A DNA stretch of 64,000 bases from an uncultured bacterium (lineage in GTDB: Bacteria > Krumholzibacteriota > Krumholzibacteriia > LZORAL124-64-63), in contig CAVSGO010000003.1 in NCBI GenBank assembly GCA_963727525.1, positions 160,001-224,000 of the forward strand, given 5' to 3'. The notes under the pieces are model-generated. The model made no database searches and was not told the origin of the DNA. It saw only the letters and a list, made by a program, of their open reading frames with translations. The position numbers and the translations under genes were made by a program. This document shows positions 60,780 to 64,000 of this stretch, one piece after another; the first letter of the stretch is position 1, and every line of letters starts with the position of its first letter.

Positions 60780-62630
60780 ATGACCGTTCATCGCATTCAT
60801 CGCGTCTTGCTGGCCACCGTTTTCGCGGCGGTTTTCGCCATGGCCACGGGTTGCGCCCGGCGCGACTCCCTGCCCACGGCACCCGAGGGCGGCATTACCG
60901 ATATCTGGACCCGACTCTATCCGCCCTCCACCAACCGGAACCTCCATGGCGTCTGGGCCATGGATGCGGACGACGTCTGGGCGGTTGGCCAGGGCGGCGT
61001 GATCGTGCACTACGACGGCCAGAATGTGCGCGAGGTCGCCAGCCCGACGGCCGCGGACCTGAAAGCCATCGACGGGTGCGCTCGCGACGACATCTGGGCC
61101 GTCGGTTCCATGGCGATTCTCCACTTCGACGGATATGCCTGGCGTGACGTGTCGACCGACGCGGTATCGGGCCTGAGCACCCTCTGCTGCCGTGGCCCCG
61201 GCGACGTCTTCGTCATGGGTGAGGCGTCCACGGATTCCGGAACCGTCGTGGCGGTCAGCCACTATGATGGCGTCGCGTGGCGCGACACCGGCTTCCCTGC
61301 GCGCCACTTCTACTCGAGTCGCGTCCTCTGGTCGCCGGGACCGGACTATCCCCTGTATGCCGGAACCTGGACGCTGGTGTATTACCAGGATGGCGTGTGG
61401 ACTCCGTGCTCGCCCGTGGTGTACCCGCAGGCGGCATCGGGCAATCGGCTGCTGGCGCGTTTCGGGGGCTACACGGAGGTCGGGCTCTTCGAGGTCGACA
61501 CTTCCGGAGGCCTGCACACGCTCTGCGGGAGCGGCCATCTGCCGCCGGCCAGATACATGGTGCGGTCGCGCGATATGCTCGCCGGCGATAGCCGCGGCAT
61601 CTGGTCCATCGTCTCCTGCGACGACGAGCCATCATTTCTCGGGTCCGACGTGTATCTCGAGGCGCTGGCCGCTCCGGTCCGGCCCGGCCCGGACGGTCCG
61701 GCTGTCTATGCTGTCGGTCGCGATGCCCTCATGTTACGCGGGGCGTGGCAACCCGATCATACGCTCGCCTGGAGCCAGCTCGGTCCGGGTCCGACGCCCA
61801 CGCTCGGCATTGACTCCTTTGCCGGTAGCGGGGACCGCGCCTACGCGCTCACCGAGGACGGACGGCTCGCGCGCATCACATCCGCCGGTGTCACGTTCGA
61901 CGGCGCCTTCATCGGCTTGCGGGAACTCCGCGGCGTTGCGGACGGGCGGATCGCCGCCCTCACCGCCGGGGGAAGCCTCATCGCCCGCGACGACGACGGC
62001 CCCTGGGAGACGGTCGTGGCCGATGTCCCCACGATGACCGAGCGTTACTGGACGGACGGGGTTTCGGCTCTCTTCACCACCGTGTTCGGCGCCTGCTGGG
62101 CGTACGAGGGCGGTGGCCTCGCGCCGGTCGATTCCCTGCCGGCATACTGCTCCTGGGTCGACGGCTATGCGCTCGACGACCTCTACGCCACGGCAATGGG
62201 CGGTCTGCGGCATTTCGACGGCCAGCACTGGCAGTCCGTGGTCGGTGCCGACTCGAGCTTCACGCTCAACGCCTACGCCAGCCCTTTCCGCAATCGAGTC
62301 TATATCCGCGGCCTCGACTACGACGGGCGCGAGTTAGAGGGGCACGTCTCGGCCGGCGTGTTTACGGCCAACCCCTCGCCGGGCGCTCCTCGCTGGTACG
62401 ACGATGCGATCTGCGAGGTGGCGCCGGACGATCTCTACTGTATTGGCTACGATAGCGGCACGAGCGGGCTCTACCGTCGCCGCGGCGACGCCTGGACTCC
62501 GGTCGCGAGCTGGGAGCGCGGGGCCACCGGCATGTACGGTAGCGCCGGCCTCGGCCTCGTCGTGCGCGACAGCTACGGCGAGGTATCCCGCACCGCGCTG
62601 CCGGTCGGCGAGGAAGGGGCTCGGCCATGA
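60780..62630 (+). CDS. Beta-propeller lipoprotein
   Basis: Lipobox ATGC; repeats of L..VW....DVWAVG..G.I.HYDG..W. Confidence 0.75.
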   Translation: MTVHRIHRVLLATVFAAVFAMATGCARRDSLPTAPEGGITDIWTRLYPPSTNRNLHGVWAMDADDVWAVGQGGVIVHYDGQNVREVASPTAADLKAIDGCARDDIWAVGSMAILHFDGYAWRDVSTDAVSGLSTLCCRGPGDVFVMGEASTDSGTVVAVSHYDGVAWRDTGFPARHFYSSRVLWSPGPDYPLYAGTWTLVYYQDGVWTPCSPVVYPQAASGNRLLARFGGYTEVGLFEVDTSGGLHTLCGSGHLPPARYMVRSRDMLAGDSRGIWSIVSCDDEPSFLGSDVYLEALAAPVRPGPDGPAVYAVGRDALMLRGAWQPDHTLAWSQLGPGPTPTLGIDSFAGSGDRAYALTEDGRLARITSAGVTFDGAFIGLRELRGVADGRIAALTAGGSLIARDDDGPWETVVADVPTMTERYWTDGVSALFTTVFGACWAYEGGGLAPVDSLPAYCSWVDGYALDDLYATAMGGLRHFDGQHWQSVVGADSSFTLNAYASPFRNRVYIRGLDYDGRELEGHVSAGVFTANPSPGAPRWYDDAICEVAPDDLYCIGYDSGTSGLYRRRGDAWTPVASWERGATGMYGSAGLGLVVRDSYGEVSRTALPVGEEGARP

Positions 62631-64000
62631 TGCCCTGCCGCGCCGCCACGGCGATGCTCTCGACGGCCCTGCTCCTGCTTCTCGCGCTGGCCTCCGGCTG
62701 CACCGAGCGCGATGCCATGCCCACCTTGCCGGTCGAAACGGGCGATGCGAGTCCCGGCATCTGGACGAAGGTGTATCCCACGCTGCCGACCGAGGGCCTG
62801 TCGGCGATCTGGGGTATGGACGCCGACGACATGTGGGCCGTGGGGGGCGAGGGTACGATCGTGCATTTCGACGGTGAGCGATTGCACCTGGTGGCGAGTC
62901 CCACGACGCAGACGCTCTACGCCATCGACGGGTGCTCGGCGACGGACATCTACGCGGCCGGCTCCGGCGTGGTCGTTCACTGGAACGGGCACGTGTGGAG
63001 CGACATCACGCCTGACGTCCCCGTGTGGGTGCGAAGTCTCGTCTGTCGGTCATCCACGGAAGTCTTCGTCGCGAGCCAGGTCAATCCCGATTCGATGACG
63101 ATCAACCAGATCCTGCGCTACGACGGCGCCCGGTGGCGCGATACCGGCTTCCCCATCATCCATGCCAGCGCCGCGGCGCGGCTCTGGGATCCTGACCCGG
63201 CCGGATCTCTGGTCTTCAGCCAGGTCGACGGCGGCTCCTACGCGTACGACGGTCAGAGTTGGGAGCCCCTGGATTCGTCGTTCTACGTCGTCGACTCCGA
63301 TGGTGATCTCGTGATGGCGCGGCGCGGGGTAGGCTCGGACCGCGTCCTGTTCCGCGTCGGCGGTGATGGCTCGCTCGAGGAACTCTGCGACGACTTCGAT
63401 CCAGGCTTCCCGTCCCTGATCGCCGCCTCTCGTACCGTGGTGGCGTCCAACCGGAACGAGATCTGGACGTCGACTCCCTGCCATCGTCAGCCGACCTCGT
63501 TCACCACGGAATCGAGTGTGTACGATCTTGCCGTTCCGGAGCGTCCGGGATCCTCCGGCCCGGCCGTCTTCGCGGTTGGCAACGAGGCCCTGTTCACACG
63601 TGGCGCCTGGCAAGCCGACGGCACCTTGATCTGGCGTGACCTCTGGGATGGCCGAAATACCGATCTCGATCCGTACGAACTCGCCGGTGATGGAGCGACG
63701 GTCTATGCGACCACCGCACGGGATCGCCTCGTAACCGTCGTCGCAGGGCAGGTGTCGATCGACCAGGCCGGGCCCAACGTGCGATACATTCGCACGCTTC
63801 CCGGCGGCGACATCGTGGCTTTGCAGGGCAATAGGCGACTGGTTCGACGGAGAGCATCGGGCGCGTGGGAGATGATCGGACCGGAGATCTCCGTACCCCT
63901 TCACGAGTTCTGGACGGACGGAGCCGATCGCGCACTCTTGACGCATATCCGGGCCTGCTGGACGCTGGACGCCGGTGCGTGGGCCGAAGCCGATTCTCTT
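62627..64000 (+). CDS. Paralogous beta-propeller lipoprotein, 3'-partial (absent from the ORF track)
   Basis: ATGA overlap with the upstream stop. Manual translation: MMPCRAATAMLSTALLLLLALASGCTERDAMPTLP...IWTKVYP...IWGMDADDMWAVG, collinear with 60780-62630. Confidence 0.75.
   Translation, partial: MMPCRAATAMLSTALLLLLALASGCTERDAMPTLPVETGDASPGIWTKVYPTLPTEGLSAIWGMDADDMWAVGGEGTIVHFDGERLHLVASPTTQTLYAIDGCSATDIYAAGSGVVVHWNGHVWSDITPDVPVWVRSLVCRSSTEVFVASQVNPDSMTINQILRYDGARWRDTGFPIIHASAAARLWDPDPAGSLVFSQVDGGSYAYDGQSWEPLDSSFYVVDSDGDLVMARRGVGSDRVLFRVGGDGSLEELCDDFDPGFPSLIAASRTVVASNRNEIWTSTPCHRQPTSFTTESSVYDLAVPERPGSSGPAVFAVGNEALFTRGAWQADGTLIWRDLWDGRNTDLDPYELAGDGATVYATTARDRLVTVVAGQVSIDQAGPNVRYIRTLPGGDIVALQGNRRLVRRRASGAWEMIGPEISVPLHEFWTDGADRALLTHIRACWTLDAGAWAEADSL

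Noticed and set aside
1-64000. CRISPR arrays, tRNA and rRNA genes
   Set aside because: No regularly spaced repeats or recognisable RNA gene signatures seen by eye.

Overview
GC-rich bacterial window. The many signal-peptide proteins with FlgD-Ig/T9SS-like 'PNPFNP...xxR/K*' C-termini suggest an FCB-group lineage such as Krumholzibacteriota, Latescibacterota or Eisenbacteria (inference). Contents in order: (i) 1-14.6 kb, a secretome-rich accessory region with lipoproteins, an OMP, LVIVD and BNR proteins, ridA, an IS1/IS1595-like element and several decayed FlgD-tailed genes; (ii) an orphan sensor kinase and a GH15; (iii) a tightly coupled caa3-oxidase plus Rieske/cytochrome b-c operon; (iv) carB and carA separated by an HNH pseudogene and an FG-GAP protein, each preceded by a copy of the same 64-bp structured leader; (v) a flippase, two ATP-grasp ligases, a GT4 and a B12 radical SAM enzyme; (vi) an ERIC-like hairpin MITE; (vii) an 11-subunit complex I operon lacking nuoEFG, with a frameshift in nuoN; (viii) two tandem paralogous beta-propeller lipoproteins. 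The best novelty candidates are a short 'WSDVKSLFR' tail that may be interchangeable with the FlgD tail as a sorting signal, the duplicated car leader, the glycan-tailoring cluster, the ERIC-like element, and short tandem duplications spanning stop codons. All protein calls come from motif recognition by eye; no searches were run.
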